64,000 bases of DNA. Origin: an uncultured SAR86 cluster bacterium (lineage in GTDB: Bacteria > Pseudomonadota > Gammaproteobacteria > Magnimaribacterales > D2472). Position 1 is the first letter of the stretch. The number at the start of each line of letters is the position of its first letter. The notes below the pieces were generated by a model, which saw only the letters and a list, made by a program, of their open reading frames with translations, was not told the origin of the DNA and ran no database searches. This document shows, one piece after another, positions 8,864-18,546 of the stretch. A program made the position numbers and the translations under genes. The DNA lies in assembly GCA_902511425.1 (NCBI GenBank), contig CABXFE010000001.1, positions 18,476 through 82,475 of the forward strand, read 5' to 3'.

Positions 8864-9111
8864 TTTAAAGCCTCGAACAAATTACCAGTCCTGTGTAACT
8901 CATGTAAGTCGTCACATCCTCCAATATGATCTATGCCAAACCATATTTGGGGAACAGATGTTTTTCCAGCCTTTGATGCCATCTCGGCTCTTAGCTCAGA
9001 ATTAAAATCAACAGAGACTTCTTGATAAGAAATTTCCAAACTTTTCAATAAATTTTTTGCTTTGTAACAGTATGGGCAGGTTTTTGTTGTATATATGATT
9101 ACGTCTTTCAT
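8860..9111 (-). CDS. grxC: glutaredoxin 3
   Basis: 83 aa with CPYC active site and TSVPQIW..G.HIGGCDD. Confidence 0.9.
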   Translation of the reverse strand: MKDVIIYTTKTCPYCYKAKNLLKSLEISYQEVSVDFNSELRAEMASKAGKTSVPQIWFGIDHIGGCDDLHELHRTGNLFEALN

Positions 9112-9126
9112 GATTGTGATTTCAAA

Positions 9127-9564
9127 TTATTTCAATTTTATATTTTGTACAGTATTTCCCTCAACCCTAAATTTTGCTTGCTCAAAAGAAGGTGCTGATA
9201 ATTTTCCCATAGCATTATTGGAAAAACCAAACTGCTCCTTAGGAATGCCAAGAAAATTTTTATCAATTTTTAAATTCTTATTAGCATCAACAAAAAGCGC
9301 AATAGCATAAACTCCTTCTGGTAAATCAATAGCAAACTCATGGCTTTCTTTAAGTTCAATAAAAGTCTCTATCCCTGAATATATACCTTCTTCTGATCGC
9401 TTTTCTCCCTTAACAGAATAATTGAATGCCTCAGCATTATTATAAATAGCCAAAGACAATACTCCCTCTTTTGTTTGCCCTGATAAGTTGATAGTTAATT
9501 CATGGGCTGAAATATTGAAAGAAAAAAGTAAAAGAAGTGTAAAAAATTTGCTGTAATAACTCAT
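9127..9564 (-). CDS. secreted DUF2141-like protein
   Basis: Signal peptide. The motif FLGIPKEQFGFSNNA...PSFEQAKF resembles DUF2141 from memory. Confidence 0.5.
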   Translation of the reverse strand: MSYYSKFFTLLLLFSFNISAHELTINLSGQTKEGVLSLAIYNNAEAFNYSVKGEKRSEEGIYSGIETFIELKESHEFAIDLPEGVYAIALFVDANKNLKIDKNFLGIPKEQFGFSNNAMGKLSAPSFEQAKFRVEGNTVQNIKLK

Positions 9565-9567
9565 GAA

Positions 9568-9993
9568 TTATTTTACTTTAACAAGCGGAAGTCCCTCTTG
9601 CTGCCATGTTGAAATTCCACCTTGCAGCACATGAGTATTTTGGTAGCCATGCTTTTGTAGCTTCTCACCAGCCAGAGCTGCATTCCTTCCCATTTTACAA
9701 ATTAATACCAACGGATTTTCTTGTTGTTTCAATAATTCATCATTTCTATTATCTAGCTCTTCGAAAGGAATATTTACAGATCCAGCTATAGCCCCAAGGT
9801 CAAACTCACTTTTGGGTCTCACATCGACCAAGCAGGCAGACTCTTTATTAACTAAATTAGTCAACTGATTGCAGTCCACTCGATTGCCGCCTCGTCTTGT
9901 TTCTGAACGAAACCATAGAATAATAGAAAGAAATAATGGAACAGAAAAGTACCAATAATCGATTAAAAATAAATTGAATTCTAGCATTTGCAT
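9568..9993 (-). CDS. membrane-anchored rhodanese-domain protein (YibN-like)
   Basis: N-terminal TM helix plus a single rhodanese domain with active-site Cys (LICKMGRNA). Start trimmed to ATG 9993 (or 9987). The track start at 10044 would overlap gpmA head to head. Confidence 0.7.
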   Translation of the reverse strand: MQMLEFNLFLIDYWYFSVPLFLSIILWFRSETRRGGNRVDCNQLTNLVNKESACLVDVRPKSEFDLGAIAGSVNIPFEELDNRNDELLKQQENPLVLICKMGRNAALAGEKLQKHGYQNTHVLQGGISTWQQEGLPLVKVK

Positions 9994-10032
9994 ATTATCG
10001 CTTAAAATATATTTATTGGTGAGGTTTATATT

Positions 10033-10659
10033 ATGAAAGATCAAAATTTTTTAGTGCTTGTCCGTCATGGGCAAAGTGAGTGGAATGCCAAAAATTTATT
10101 CACTGGGTGGAAGGATCCAGGATTGACTCCAGTTGGCGAAAAAGAGGCCTCCAATGCTGGCATCCTCATCAAAGAGAAAAATATTAAATTCTCCATGATG
10201 TTTACCTCTGCTTTGAAGCGAGCGCAAATTACAGGTCAAATGATTTTAGAGGGCATAGCTCAAACAGATATTGAGGTTACAAAAAACCAAGCTTTAAATG
10301 AAAGGGATTATGGAGATCTAGCTGGTTTAAATAAGGATGATGCCAGAAAAGAATGGGGAGAAGAGCAGGTTCATATTTGGAGAAGATCTTATGACATACC
10401 TCCTCCAGGTGGCGAGAGTCTAAAGAATACTGCAGAGAGGGTTCTTCCTTATTTTAATTCCTCAATCTTGCCAAAACTTTTAAAGGGAGAAAATATTTTA
10501 GTAGCGGCACATGGAAATTCACTCAGATCTTTGGTAATGCAGCTTGATAATTTATCAAAGGAAGAAGTAATAGCACTTGAGATCCCAACAGGCGCACCAA
10601 TAATTTACACTTTCTATGGCAGCAAAGAACCAATTTCAAAAGAAAACCTCTTTGAATAA
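10033..10659 (+). CDS. gpmA: 2,3-bisphosphoglycerate-dependent phosphoglycerate mutase (short form)
   Basis: RHGQSEWN catalytic motif and a second His in AAHGNSLR; 208 aa. Confidence 0.85.
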   Translation: MKDQNFLVLVRHGQSEWNAKNLFTGWKDPGLTPVGEKEASNAGILIKEKNIKFSMMFTSALKRAQITGQMILEGIAQTDIEVTKNQALNERDYGDLAGLNKDDARKEWGEEQVHIWRRSYDIPPPGGESLKNTAERVLPYFNSSILPKLLKGENILVAAHGNSLRSLVMQLDNLSKEEVIALEIPTGAPIIYTFYGSKEPISKENLFE

Positions 10660-11653
10660 GCGATATCAACTTTTCTCTCAGCAAGTTGTTCAATGGTATT
10701 TAGATCATGGTAGGCATGATTTACCATGGCGAAAAAAAGTTACTCCCTACAGAGTTTGGATCTCAGAAATCATGCTGCAGCAAACCCAAGTAAAAACAGT
10801 CATACCTTATTTTAAAAAGTTTATTAAGAAGTTCCCCTCCCAAAAAAAATTGTCTGAAGCAAGCGAAGATCAAGTTTTAGCTATGTGGTCAGGATTGGGA
10901 TTCTATCGTAGAGCTAGAAATATATTTGCTACTAAAGAAATTATAAAAAATAATTATGGGAACAAGTTTCCAAATGAATTTCAACAAATCATAGAATTGC
11001 CTGGAATTGGCAAATCAACAGCTGGGGCAATTATGTCATTAGCATATCTTGTCCCTCATCCAATACTTGATGGAAATGTTAAAAGAGTTATATCAAGATT
11101 CTTAAAAAAAGAATTGAATTTATTGAAAGAAGCTGAACTTTGGCAACTGTCAAAGGAAATGGTGAATAAAGATGATTGCTTTTCTTATACACAAGGAATT
11201 ATGGATTTGGGAGCAACGATTTGCACACCATCAAACCCATCTTGCGTTAAATGTCCGGTCAATTCTCAATGCTTATCTGCATTCAAAGTTAAATCAGTCA
11301 AAAAAAATAAAACCGTATCGATAAAAAAAGTAATTATTATGAATTTGTCATTAGTACAGACTGAAAAATCTTTATTACTTTTAAAGAATGAAACTGATTC
11401 AATATGGAAGAATCTTTGGTTACCTTTTGATTCAGGGTCTATAAAAAATAACATCAAAAATTTTAAACTCACAACTAAGCAAAAAATTAAGCATGAGCTT
11501 ACACATAGAAGACTAGAAATAAATTTGAAAACCTATTCCTCATTAAAAGAACAAGAAATAGAAACCAATCAAACATATAAATGGATAAAAAAGGATAGAA
11601 TAGAGGAATATGGTATACCAAAGCCAATTAGCAATGTTATTAAAGAATTATGA
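10616..11653 (+). CDS. mutY: A/G-specific adenine DNA glycosylase
   Basis: HhH-GPD region ([12 protein letters not shown]) and 4Fe-4S cluster loop C..C..C.....C. Followed by yggX. The start is uncertain: ATG 10616 overlaps gpmA by 44 nt, and TTG 10652 is an alternative. Confidence 0.85.
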   Translation: MAAKNQFQKKTSLNKRYQLFSQQVVQWYLDHGRHDLPWRKKVTPYRVWISEIMLQQTQVKTVIPYFKKFIKKFPSQKKLSEASEDQVLAMWSGLGFYRRARNIFATKEIIKNNYGNKFPNEFQQIIELPGIGKSTAGAIMSLAYLVPHPILDGNVKRVISRFLKKELNLLKEAELWQLSKEMVNKDDCFSYTQGIMDLGATICTPSNPSCVKCPVNSQCLSAFKVKSVKKNKTVSIKKVIIMNLSLVQTEKSLLLLKNETDSIWKNLWLPFDSGSIKNNIKNFKLTTKQKIKHELTHRRLEINLKTYSSLKEQEIETNQTYKWIKKDRIEEYGIPKPISNVIKEL

Positions 11654-11919
11654 GTACAACTGTTTTCTGTAAAAAATTTCAAAAAGATTTACCCGCCATG
11701 ACAGTGCCGCCAATGCCCGGGCCTAAAGGTAAGGAATTAATGGAAACTGTATCTCAAGAGGCATGGGAATCTTGGAAATCACATCAAACAACTCTTATAA
11801 ATGAAAAACACCTAGACTTGTCTCAAGCAGATGCCCGTTCTTGGTTGCTAGAACAGATGGAAAAATTTTTTAATAATGAAGAAGTCGAACAAGCTTCTGG
11901 TTTTAAAGCAATAGACTAA
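11650..11919 (+). CDS. yggX: Fe(2+)-trafficking / oxidative damage protection protein YggX
   Basis: 89 aa. The beginning [15 protein letters not shown] and the conserved mutY-yggX pairing support the call. Confidence 0.85.
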   Translation: MSTTVFCKKFQKDLPAMTVPPMPGPKGKELMETVSQEAWESWKSHQTTLINEKHLDLSQADARSWLLEQMEKFFNNEEVEQASGFKAID

Positions 11920-12680
11920 CTATTCCACCAAGCTGTATCTGAGAAAGCTCTAATATCTATTTCGTGACTCCAAGCAGATCGATGCTGTTGAGACAAGTAA
12001 TAATATGTTTCCGCAACTCGCTCAGGCAGAATCAACCCATCGTGCTCCATGCCTTTCGTTTCTCTGAGTTGTTGAAATAATTCTTCTCCGAGCATCTTAC
12101 CCAAAGTGTCTGGAGCATCAACCATTCCATCCACTACAATATGAGCCACATGAATTCCCTTTGATGCAAACTCAGCATTGAGAGTTTGGCATAACATCCT
12201 CCTTCCACCCATGGCTGCAGCATGAGAGTGCTGATTTTTATTTCCACGCATAGCAGCTGTTGCAGAAGTAACTAGAAATGTGCCAGCACCTCTTTCTTCC
12301 ATGATTGGCATTAATACTTTTGCTACTCTAAACAATCCCAAATCTGCCATCCTCCAGCCCCACTCAAACTCTTTTAAAGTCGTTTCATTAAGTAACTTCA
12401 TTCCAGTTTGAGCACCAAGGTTATAAACAAGGACCTCAATTGGCCCTACATCTTTTTCTATATTTAAGATTAAATCCTCGAGAATATTTTCTTCAATTGC
12501 ATTAATGAGATAACCGCTTGCAGAGCCACCTTTTTCTTCAATATTTGATACCAGTCTATCTAATCCATTCTGATCAGACCTTCTGCATAAACATGAGTGA
12601 TAACCTTCTTGAGCAAATTTTGTTGCAACAGTTCCACCAATGCCGGCACCGGCACCCAAAACTAAGCAAACTGGCTTCAT
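11916..12680 (-). CDS. SDR family oxidoreductase
   Basis: Rossmann GAGAGIGG motif; 254 aa. Lies 6 nt downstream of the amidohydrolase gene. Confidence 0.75.
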   Translation of the reverse strand: MKPVCLVLGAGAGIGGTVATKFAQEGYHSCLCRRSDQNGLDRLVSNIEEKGGSASGYLINAIEENILEDLILNIEKDVGPIEVLVYNLGAQTGMKLLNETTLKEFEWGWRMADLGLFRVAKVLMPIMEERGAGTFLVTSATAAMRGNKNQHSHAAAMGGRRMLCQTLNAEFASKGIHVAHIVVDGMVDAPDTLGKMLGEELFQQLRETKGMEHDGLILPERVAETYYYLSQQHRSAWSHEIDIRAFSDTAWWNS

Positions 12681-12686
12681 AACTAT

Positions 12687-14597
12687 TTAACTCTCAGAAA
12701 CAATTGTAGTTTTCATAGACTTTCCGCTGAATCTCCAAAAGAAACTTAAGGCTTTCACTGCCATTAATCGAATGGTCTTATCAAAAAATGAAACCTTTGA
12801 TATGCCTGTTTTTACTTCACAAACCTGCTTTCCTCTGATTAATTTCCCTGGCAACACTCCATTAGCTTTACCATTTTCAGAAACTACTTGGCCATTCTTT
12901 ATGGTGGCAATATAACCCGTAGCGTCTTGAACCAGGCGTCTTCCACCCAGTGGAAGATCGTGAATCATTGTTGGGTGACTTACATTCAACTTATCAAAAT
13001 CAATAATATTAATATCAGCTAACATGCCAGATTTTATTTCACCTCTATCAAATAAACCAAAAGTCTCAGCTGTGTCTTTAGTTTGTTTCTTGATCAACAT
13101 CTCTAGTGGAAACTTTCTACCTGCCTCTCTATCTCTTCCCCAATGTGAAATATTGGTTGTTGGCATGCTCGCATCACAAATTAATCCGCAATGGGCGCCG
13201 CCATCACTTCCTCCAGCAACAGATGACTTTAATCGATAGGCCTGTTCAACAAAATCTAGCTTATATTTTTCATAAGGTGTGAAGGCAGCATAAATTAAAT
13301 TGGTACCTTGATTTTGAAGCATCTCATCATACATAACCTCAAGCTCAGATATGTTTTTTCTTGAAGCTATCGCGGCAATACTATCTTCTTCTTTGGGTTC
13401 ATAATTTGGAGGTGTCCCAAGGATGAATTGGGTTTTGTAGTTTGAGGTGATGGTTGTTGGGAGTGCGACATCTTGCGCAATTTCTTCTCTAGTTTTATTG
13501 GAAGGATTATCTGTAAGTCTTGCCGTTATTTCTGATTCAAAGTCTGGTTCTTGACTAAGTAATTTCTCTTTAAAAAGAGGATCTTTTAAAATTTCATATT
13601 TTTGATCCATAGGTAGATTAATAATTTCTTTATAGGCAGGAAATTGCATAAATGGATTGACTGAAGTTTCCCAGCCAAACATTAAACCAACATTTCTCCC
13701 TGGAAATTGAGGTCGAATATTCTTACCTTTGAGAAAGTGCTCCTCAGAAAATAAAATTGTTTTTACTGCGTCGCCTTTGGTTTGCAGAAAGGTCAATCCA
13801 CAATCACTTTTTTTAACATATTCCTTCATCCAAGACATTTCCATCTCTTCATCCAGCCAGTCAGATGTTATTTCTAGAGTTCCTTCTCCAGCTTTATCAA
13901 CTCCAAAAGCAAGAGCTCGCATCTCTTCCGAACTTGCTTCCGTGCCAGGCACATATTTCCCATATATATCTCTATGCAGAACAGTTCTAGAGGTGCTAAA
14001 TCCAAGCGCTCCGGCTTCTATGGCTTCAGTGACAAGTCCTGACATTTTGCTAATCTCTTCATCAGATGCGTCTACTTGATTCTGACATCTTTCATAACCC
14101 ATTACATAGCTTCTTAAAGGGCCATGACCCATCATAAACCCAACATCCATAACGAATTCTTTTTTGTCGATGGCATCTAAAAATTCTGGAAAAGTTTCCC
14201 AATCCCAGTCAATTCCCTCATGTAACGCTGAACCTGGAATATCTTCAACACCCTCCATTAATTGAATAAGGAAGTTTTCATCTCCGGGGCGCACTGGCGC
14301 AAATCCCACACCACAATTTCCCATAACTGCAGTTGTAACACCATGCCAGCTTGAAGGAGTGAGATATGGATCCCAGGACACTTGTCCGTCATAGTGAGTA
14401 TGAATATCAACCCAGCCAGGCGTTACCAAATTTCCTTTTGCATCAAACTCTTCTTTCCCTGAGTTTTCAATCTTCCCAACTGATGTAATTTTCCCACCAT
14501 CAATGGCAATATCACCAAAGAATGGTTTTTTCCCTGATCCATCTATAATTTTGCCATTACGAATGATCAGATCATGTGTGTTTTTATTTGTTTCCAT
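12687..14597 (-). CDS. N-acyl-D-amino-acid deacylase family amidohydrolase (D-aminoacylase-like)
   Basis: 636 aa. The DIHTHYDGQ metal motif and the N-terminal small beta-domain pattern (IIRNGKIIDGSG...DIAIDGGKI) are typical of D-aminoacylases. Confidence 0.75.
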   Translation of the reverse strand: METNKNTHDLIIRNGKIIDGSGKKPFFGDIAIDGGKITSVGKIENSGKEEFDAKGNLVTPGWVDIHTHYDGQVSWDPYLTPSSWHGVTTAVMGNCGVGFAPVRPGDENFLIQLMEGVEDIPGSALHEGIDWDWETFPEFLDAIDKKEFVMDVGFMMGHGPLRSYVMGYERCQNQVDASDEEISKMSGLVTEAIEAGALGFSTSRTVLHRDIYGKYVPGTEASSEEMRALAFGVDKAGEGTLEITSDWLDEEMEMSWMKEYVKKSDCGLTFLQTKGDAVKTILFSEEHFLKGKNIRPQFPGRNVGLMFGWETSVNPFMQFPAYKEIINLPMDQKYEILKDPLFKEKLLSQEPDFESEITARLTDNPSNKTREEIAQDVALPTTITSNYKTQFILGTPPNYEPKEEDSIAAIASRKNISELEVMYDEMLQNQGTNLIYAAFTPYEKYKLDFVEQAYRLKSSVAGGSDGGAHCGLICDASMPTTNISHWGRDREAGRKFPLEMLIKKQTKDTAETFGLFDRGEIKSGMLADINIIDFDKLNVSHPTMIHDLPLGGRRLVQDATGYIATIKNGQVVSENGKANGVLPGKLIRGKQVCEVKTGISKVSFFDKTIRLMAVKALSFFWRFSGKSMKTTIVSES

Positions 14598-14631
14598 ATA
14601 TTTAATTTAACGCTAAATCATTAGTTATGGA

Positions 14632-14660
14632 ATCATATTTATTGGCATAATATATGTCAA
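14632..14660 (-). promoter_or_regulatory. sigma70-type promoter for the D-aminoacylase/SDR operon (TTGACA-17 nt-TATGAT)
   Basis: Read on the minus strand: perfect -35 TTGACA (14655-14660), 17-nt spacer, and -10 TATGAT (14632-14637), about 35 nt upstream of the ATG at 14597. Confidence 0.5.
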
Positions 14661-14679
14661 TAGTTGAACATCGGCCAGC

Positions 14680-16104
14680 TTAATTGGCAACATGTCTATT
14701 TGAAAGAAATATCTCAACATCGCCACTGATATTCAGTTTGAGGGGGAACATAACCAGATCAAAGGTTCCGCTTGAATCAACATCGAATAAATAACCCTGC
14801 GAACCATCGTTGATGCTGTATGTAGGCCATGACGAGGTATCTATATTCATGTATCCATTTCCAGTATTTATATAAACTTCTGGAACACCCTCATTATCAT
14901 CTTGATCGTCCCAGGGTTGACTGAATACTTGTGCAACTATGTCGCTCATCTGATCTCCATTCACGTCCATGCAGTCAAAGAAGTTAAAGTTATGATTTAT
15001 TTCCTCTCCGATGACTTCTATTTGCTTTTCTACTAATTCTTTATTTTTAATTTCATAAAAAGTAAAAATAACCACAGGATCAGTATCTGTTTCTGAATAG
15101 AAGCCTCCTTCAATGATTTCTCCTGATTTAAGCTTGCTAGCATTAATGGTTGCGATTATTTGATCATCCTGGCGACACATTTCTGTGGTCATTCCATGGA
15201 AATAATTTTCGCCACGAATCTCGTAAACTCCTAACTGGTCATATTTTCCTGTTCCTTTATTATTCCAACCCTCAAAATTTACTTTAAAGCTCTCTTCAGT
15301 CATAAGAGAAGATATAACTTGGTTATTTTCTAATAACTCTAATCCCTGCATTCCGTCTCGCCTTACGCTGTTGATAATGAAGTCGTCATAAACTAGAAAA
15401 CTTGCAAAACTTAAGTCATTATATTGATCAGATATATCTACCCACTTAGAGTCAATCAGCTCAAAAGCTTGTGAGCTATGCCCGCCAAATAGAGCTTTAC
15501 TATCTTTTATTTGTACTGAATGCCCCCAATCAGCATTCCCTAATCGCTCTATCGTATAGCCTGATTCACCGCTCATTAATATTGAGGGGCGAGCATAATT
15601 AGCAATCATTGAATTATAATCATACGAAGCCCTGCCATCTTCCCAGTTCATAGCAAAGGCAAAATCATCTTTACCATCACCATTTAAATCACCTCTAGAA
15701 TATTTTCTACTGGCACCACCTAATTGAGCATTGATGGAGCCAAATGCCTTAATATTATCTATGGTATAGCCTCCAAATCCATCACTGATATATGCTACGA
15801 GAGCGTCTTTAACGGGCTGATCGTCAAACTCTGCAGGAGTGATCGAGTCACACCAAAAATGAGCAATAAAATCTATAAAACCATCTTCATTGATTTTGGT
15901 TGGTATCAAGAATTGAAAAGATGGGTTATTGCATGCCTGGGAATAGTAGCTAGCAGCATCAATTAGCCTAATGGGAGACTCCTTAAATAAGGGTTGAGGA
16001 GGAATATTTTGGGTAGGAGGAATAACTGCTTCAGGGGAAGACGCACCTCCGCCGCCACAACTTATAACAAGCAATAAGGAAAAAATTTTATAAAAATGTT
16101 TCAT
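14680..16104 (-). CDS. lipoprotein with FG-GAP/Ca-binding-like DxNxDG repeats, function unknown
   Basis: Lipobox LLVISC followed by GGGG. Repeats DLNGDGKDDF, MDVNGDQMSD and FDVDSSGTFD; 474 aa. Confidence 0.55.
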   Translation of the reverse strand: MKHFYKIFSLLLVISCGGGGASSPEAVIPPTQNIPPQPLFKESPIRLIDAASYYSQACNNPSFQFLIPTKINEDGFIDFIAHFWCDSITPAEFDDQPVKDALVAYISDGFGGYTIDNIKAFGSINAQLGGASRKYSRGDLNGDGKDDFAFAMNWEDGRASYDYNSMIANYARPSILMSGESGYTIERLGNADWGHSVQIKDSKALFGGHSSQAFELIDSKWVDISDQYNDLSFASFLVYDDFIINSVRRDGMQGLELLENNQVISSLMTEESFKVNFEGWNNKGTGKYDQLGVYEIRGENYFHGMTTEMCRQDDQIIATINASKLKSGEIIEGGFYSETDTDPVVIFTFYEIKNKELVEKQIEVIGEEINHNFNFFDCMDVNGDQMSDIVAQVFSQPWDDQDDNEGVPEVYINTGNGYMNIDTSSWPTYSINDGSQGYLFDVDSSGTFDLVMFPLKLNISGDVEIFLSNRHVAN

Positions 16105-16146
16105 TTTTTAAAGATCATTACTTAGAAGAATGAAGAATAGTAGAGC

Positions 16147-16192
16147 GGTTTTAAGAGACAGAATCGAGCTACCGAAACATAAATTTTCAGTC
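16147..16192 (-). repeat. decayed direct copy of tRNA-Phe positions 30-75 (anticodon loop to acceptor 3' strand); att-like relic
   Basis: Ungapped hand alignment to the tRNA at 17441-17486 gives 33/46 identities, including GACTGAAAAT and TCGATTC. Same orientation as the tRNA. Confidence 0.7.
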
Positions 16193-17356
16193 TGCACTTC
16201 CTTGTGTATCTAAATGTTTAGCTAAATGACTGTGAAAATTCACTATGGCTTTTTCAAAGTAACCAAAGGTTAAATGATCATTAGCTTTTGTGCTTAAAGT
16301 TTCTTGAATTGCCCTGGCCGCTTCTCGATCTTCATCCTGACCAGTGTCACCGACAAATTTTGCGTCTTTCATAGCATCTTCTTTGGAGAACTTCCCTTTC
16401 TTATTGCTCTTATTAATTAAGGTATAAATTACCCATTTTGATCGAGATGGACTGATAGGTTCTAAAATTACTAAATTAGTATGTTTAGATAAAACAGAAA
16501 TACTTGCATTGGGAAACAAGCTATATACCGATGTGATTGTTCCATCTATCACCCTGCTAGATGGCTCAACTTCTCTTAATTTCTCAATACGTCTAAAGGG
16601 GAAGATCACTCGGGAATTTTGACCATAGTTTTCTACAACATTGATATTATCTAATCCGTATGGAAAAAATGTGTCCTTATGAAGAGTTTTTATGTGATAA
16701 CCCTCGAGCAAAGTCTCATGCAGTATTTTCCAATTTGCCTCATCTTCAATCTCTGACTGATTAATTAAAGCTTGATCATCAGCAAAGTAATTCAGGGCTT
16801 CATCTAAAAAGTTTTTTGAAATCTCTCCATCCTGACAAACATAAACTATGCCTCCTATTTCAGCAGCATTAACTGGTTTGAGTCCGTGCTCTAATGGATC
16901 AATGCCTGGAAACCCATCAGATCCTGGAATATTTCTATTTTCACCTTTTAAACCATAGGTCCAACCGTGATAAGGGCAAACAAATGATTTTTTGCAACCA
17001 CTTCCCGAAGCGACTTGCATGCCTCTGTGCCTGCAAGCATTGATAAATGCATTAACCTTGCCTTCTTCATTTCTAGTTACAAGAATGGGTGTGCCGGCAG
17101 CAATTCTTGAAACATATGAGCCCTTTTCTGGAAGTGCGCTTGATGGACAAAATGGCACTGGCTGAGATCTGAGTAATTTTATTTCTTTATTAAATCTCTG
17201 CTGATCTACATAATTTTTTACAGGCTCTTTCCAGACTTCGCTGCCTAAGTCTGTTGTTTTATTATCTATATGAGATAAGACACGCTCAATAATTTGATTA
17301 TCATCGAGCAGCAATGAGGTGGGACTTGCGAGAGAGTAATGATTTGATTGGCTCAT
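16187..17356 (-). CDS. Rieske [2Fe-2S] ring-hydroxylating oxygenase, alpha subunit-like (orphan)
   Basis: Rieske motif CRHRG...CPYHGW and a catalytic-domain His pair (EGYHIKTLH). No reductase or ferredoxin gene is adjacent. Confidence 0.8.
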   Translation of the reverse strand: MSQSNHYSLASPTSLLLDDNQIIERVLSHIDNKTTDLGSEVWKEPVKNYVDQQRFNKEIKLLRSQPVPFCPSSALPEKGSYVSRIAAGTPILVTRNEEGKVNAFINACRHRGMQVASGSGCKKSFVCPYHGWTYGLKGENRNIPGSDGFPGIDPLEHGLKPVNAAEIGGIVYVCQDGEISKNFLDEALNYFADDQALINQSEIEDEANWKILHETLLEGYHIKTLHKDTFFPYGLDNINVVENYGQNSRVIFPFRRIEKLREVEPSSRVIDGTITSVYSLFPNASISVLSKHTNLVILEPISPSRSKWVIYTLINKSNKKGKFSKEDAMKDAKFVGDTGQDEDREAARAIQETLSTKANDHLTFGYFEKAIVNFHSHLAKHLDTQGSAD

Positions 17357-17439
17357 TTAAGATAATTATTGCATATTCGTTCAAAATTAGATTTCAAAGT
17401 AGTGAAATATTAATTGTTATAAGAATATTGAAAAAAGAA

Positions 17440-17515
17440 TGGTGCCCAGAGGTGGAATCGAACCACCGACACAAGGATTTTCAGTCCTTTGCTCTACCGA
17501 CTGAGCTATCTGGGC
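17440..17515 (-). tRNA. tRNA-Phe (GAA), 76 nt with encoded CCA
   Basis: Minus-strand sequence GCCCAGATAGCTCAGTCGGTAGAGCAAAGGACTGAAAATCCTTGTGTCGGTGGTTCGATTCCACCTCTGGGCACCA folds into a standard cloverleaf. Anticodon loop is CTGAAAA. Confidence 0.95.
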
Positions 17516-17628
17516 AAATAAGGAAAAAGAATTATAACTGAACTGTGCTTGGTGGAGAATAGTTACTAGGAATATAAATATTAATGGATGTATTTCACAG
17601 ATTTTTAAATTTACTCTAAACTAAAAGA

Positions 17629-18516
17629 ATGGCAATCCAACATGTTAGCCCGGACACAGATATAGGTGTAATTCTTGATATCATTGAGCGTGATGCAGCG
17701 GTCGTCATTGATGATGTGTTAACCAAAAAAGATCTTGATGATATTAAAAATGAACTGAGCCCATATCTTAAAAATGATATAGAGGGTGATAATGAGTTTA
17801 CTGGATTTCAAACCAAAAGAGTTGGAGCTCTTATGGCAAGATCGCCAAAGTGTCGTGAGTTAGCCCTTAATCCAACAATCAATGCTTTATCGGCAAAATT
17901 TTTAGAACCCCACTGTGATGGATATCAACTCCATTTCACATCTGCGATTTCTATCGGACCCAATGAAACACCTCAAATTCTTCATAGAGATCGAGGAGTA
18001 TGGGGAGGATATGTGCCGAGGAAAATAGAAACTCAATTTAGTACTGTTTGGGCAATAACAGATTTCACTAAAGAAAATGGGGCCACTCAAGTTGTGCCAG
18101 GTTCACACAAATGGGATAAAGATAGAATGCCACACGATGAAGAAATTGAAAATGCTGAAATGAGTGCAGGCTCAGTATTCATTTACACTGGATCTGTAAT
18201 GCATGGCGGTGGAGCCAATCAAACATCAGAAAATAGACTCGGTGTTTTTTTGCACTATGCTCCAAATTGGCTAAGACAGGAAGAAAATCAATACCTCTCT
18301 TGCCCTCCATCGATAGCGAAAGAGCTGGAGCCTGAACTTCGAGATCTAATGGGTTACTCCCAAGGCGGTTACGTTTTAGGATTCTTTACCGACCCAACAG
18401 ATACTGAGGGAAAATTTGAATCTGTATCACCCAAAAAACTCTTCGGAGAAGATATTGATCGGTTTAAAATTGCTTCATCTGAGGAGCTGGTTAAAAGCTC
18501 TACCAAAAAAAATTAA
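17629..18516 (+). CDS. phytanoyl-CoA dioxygenase (PhyH) family Fe(II)/2-oxoglutarate oxygenase
   Basis: 295 aa. HRD facial-triad start (ILHRDRG) and a distal His (SVMHGGGAN). Confidence 0.7.
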   Translation: MAIQHVSPDTDIGVILDIIERDAAVVIDDVLTKKDLDDIKNELSPYLKNDIEGDNEFTGFQTKRVGALMARSPKCRELALNPTINALSAKFLEPHCDGYQLHFTSAISIGPNETPQILHRDRGVWGGYVPRKIETQFSTVWAITDFTKENGATQVVPGSHKWDKDRMPHDEEIENAEMSAGSVFIYTGSVMHGGGANQTSENRLGVFLHYAPNWLRQEENQYLSCPPSIAKELEPELRDLMGYSQGGYVLGFFTDPTDTEGKFESVSPKKLFGEDIDRFKIASSEELVKSSTKKN

Positions 18517-18546
18517 CAGCATTTTAATTAAATAAGATATCTTTCC

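Noticed and set aside
11922-11929. ATTCCACC 8-mer as a second tRNA-Phe att remnant that would define a larger island (11.9-17.4 kb)
   Set aside because: It is only 8 nt, it is in inverted rather than direct orientation relative to the tRNA, and it lies inside overlapping coding sequence. I treat it as coincidence.
14598-14679. GGAATC-containing stretch as another tRNA relic, and TGGCATAAT as a sigma54 -24 element
   Set aside because: Similarity to the tRNA collapses outside the 6-mer. For sigma54, GG-N10 is followed by GT rather than GC, and the element is on the wrong strand for the downstream gene.
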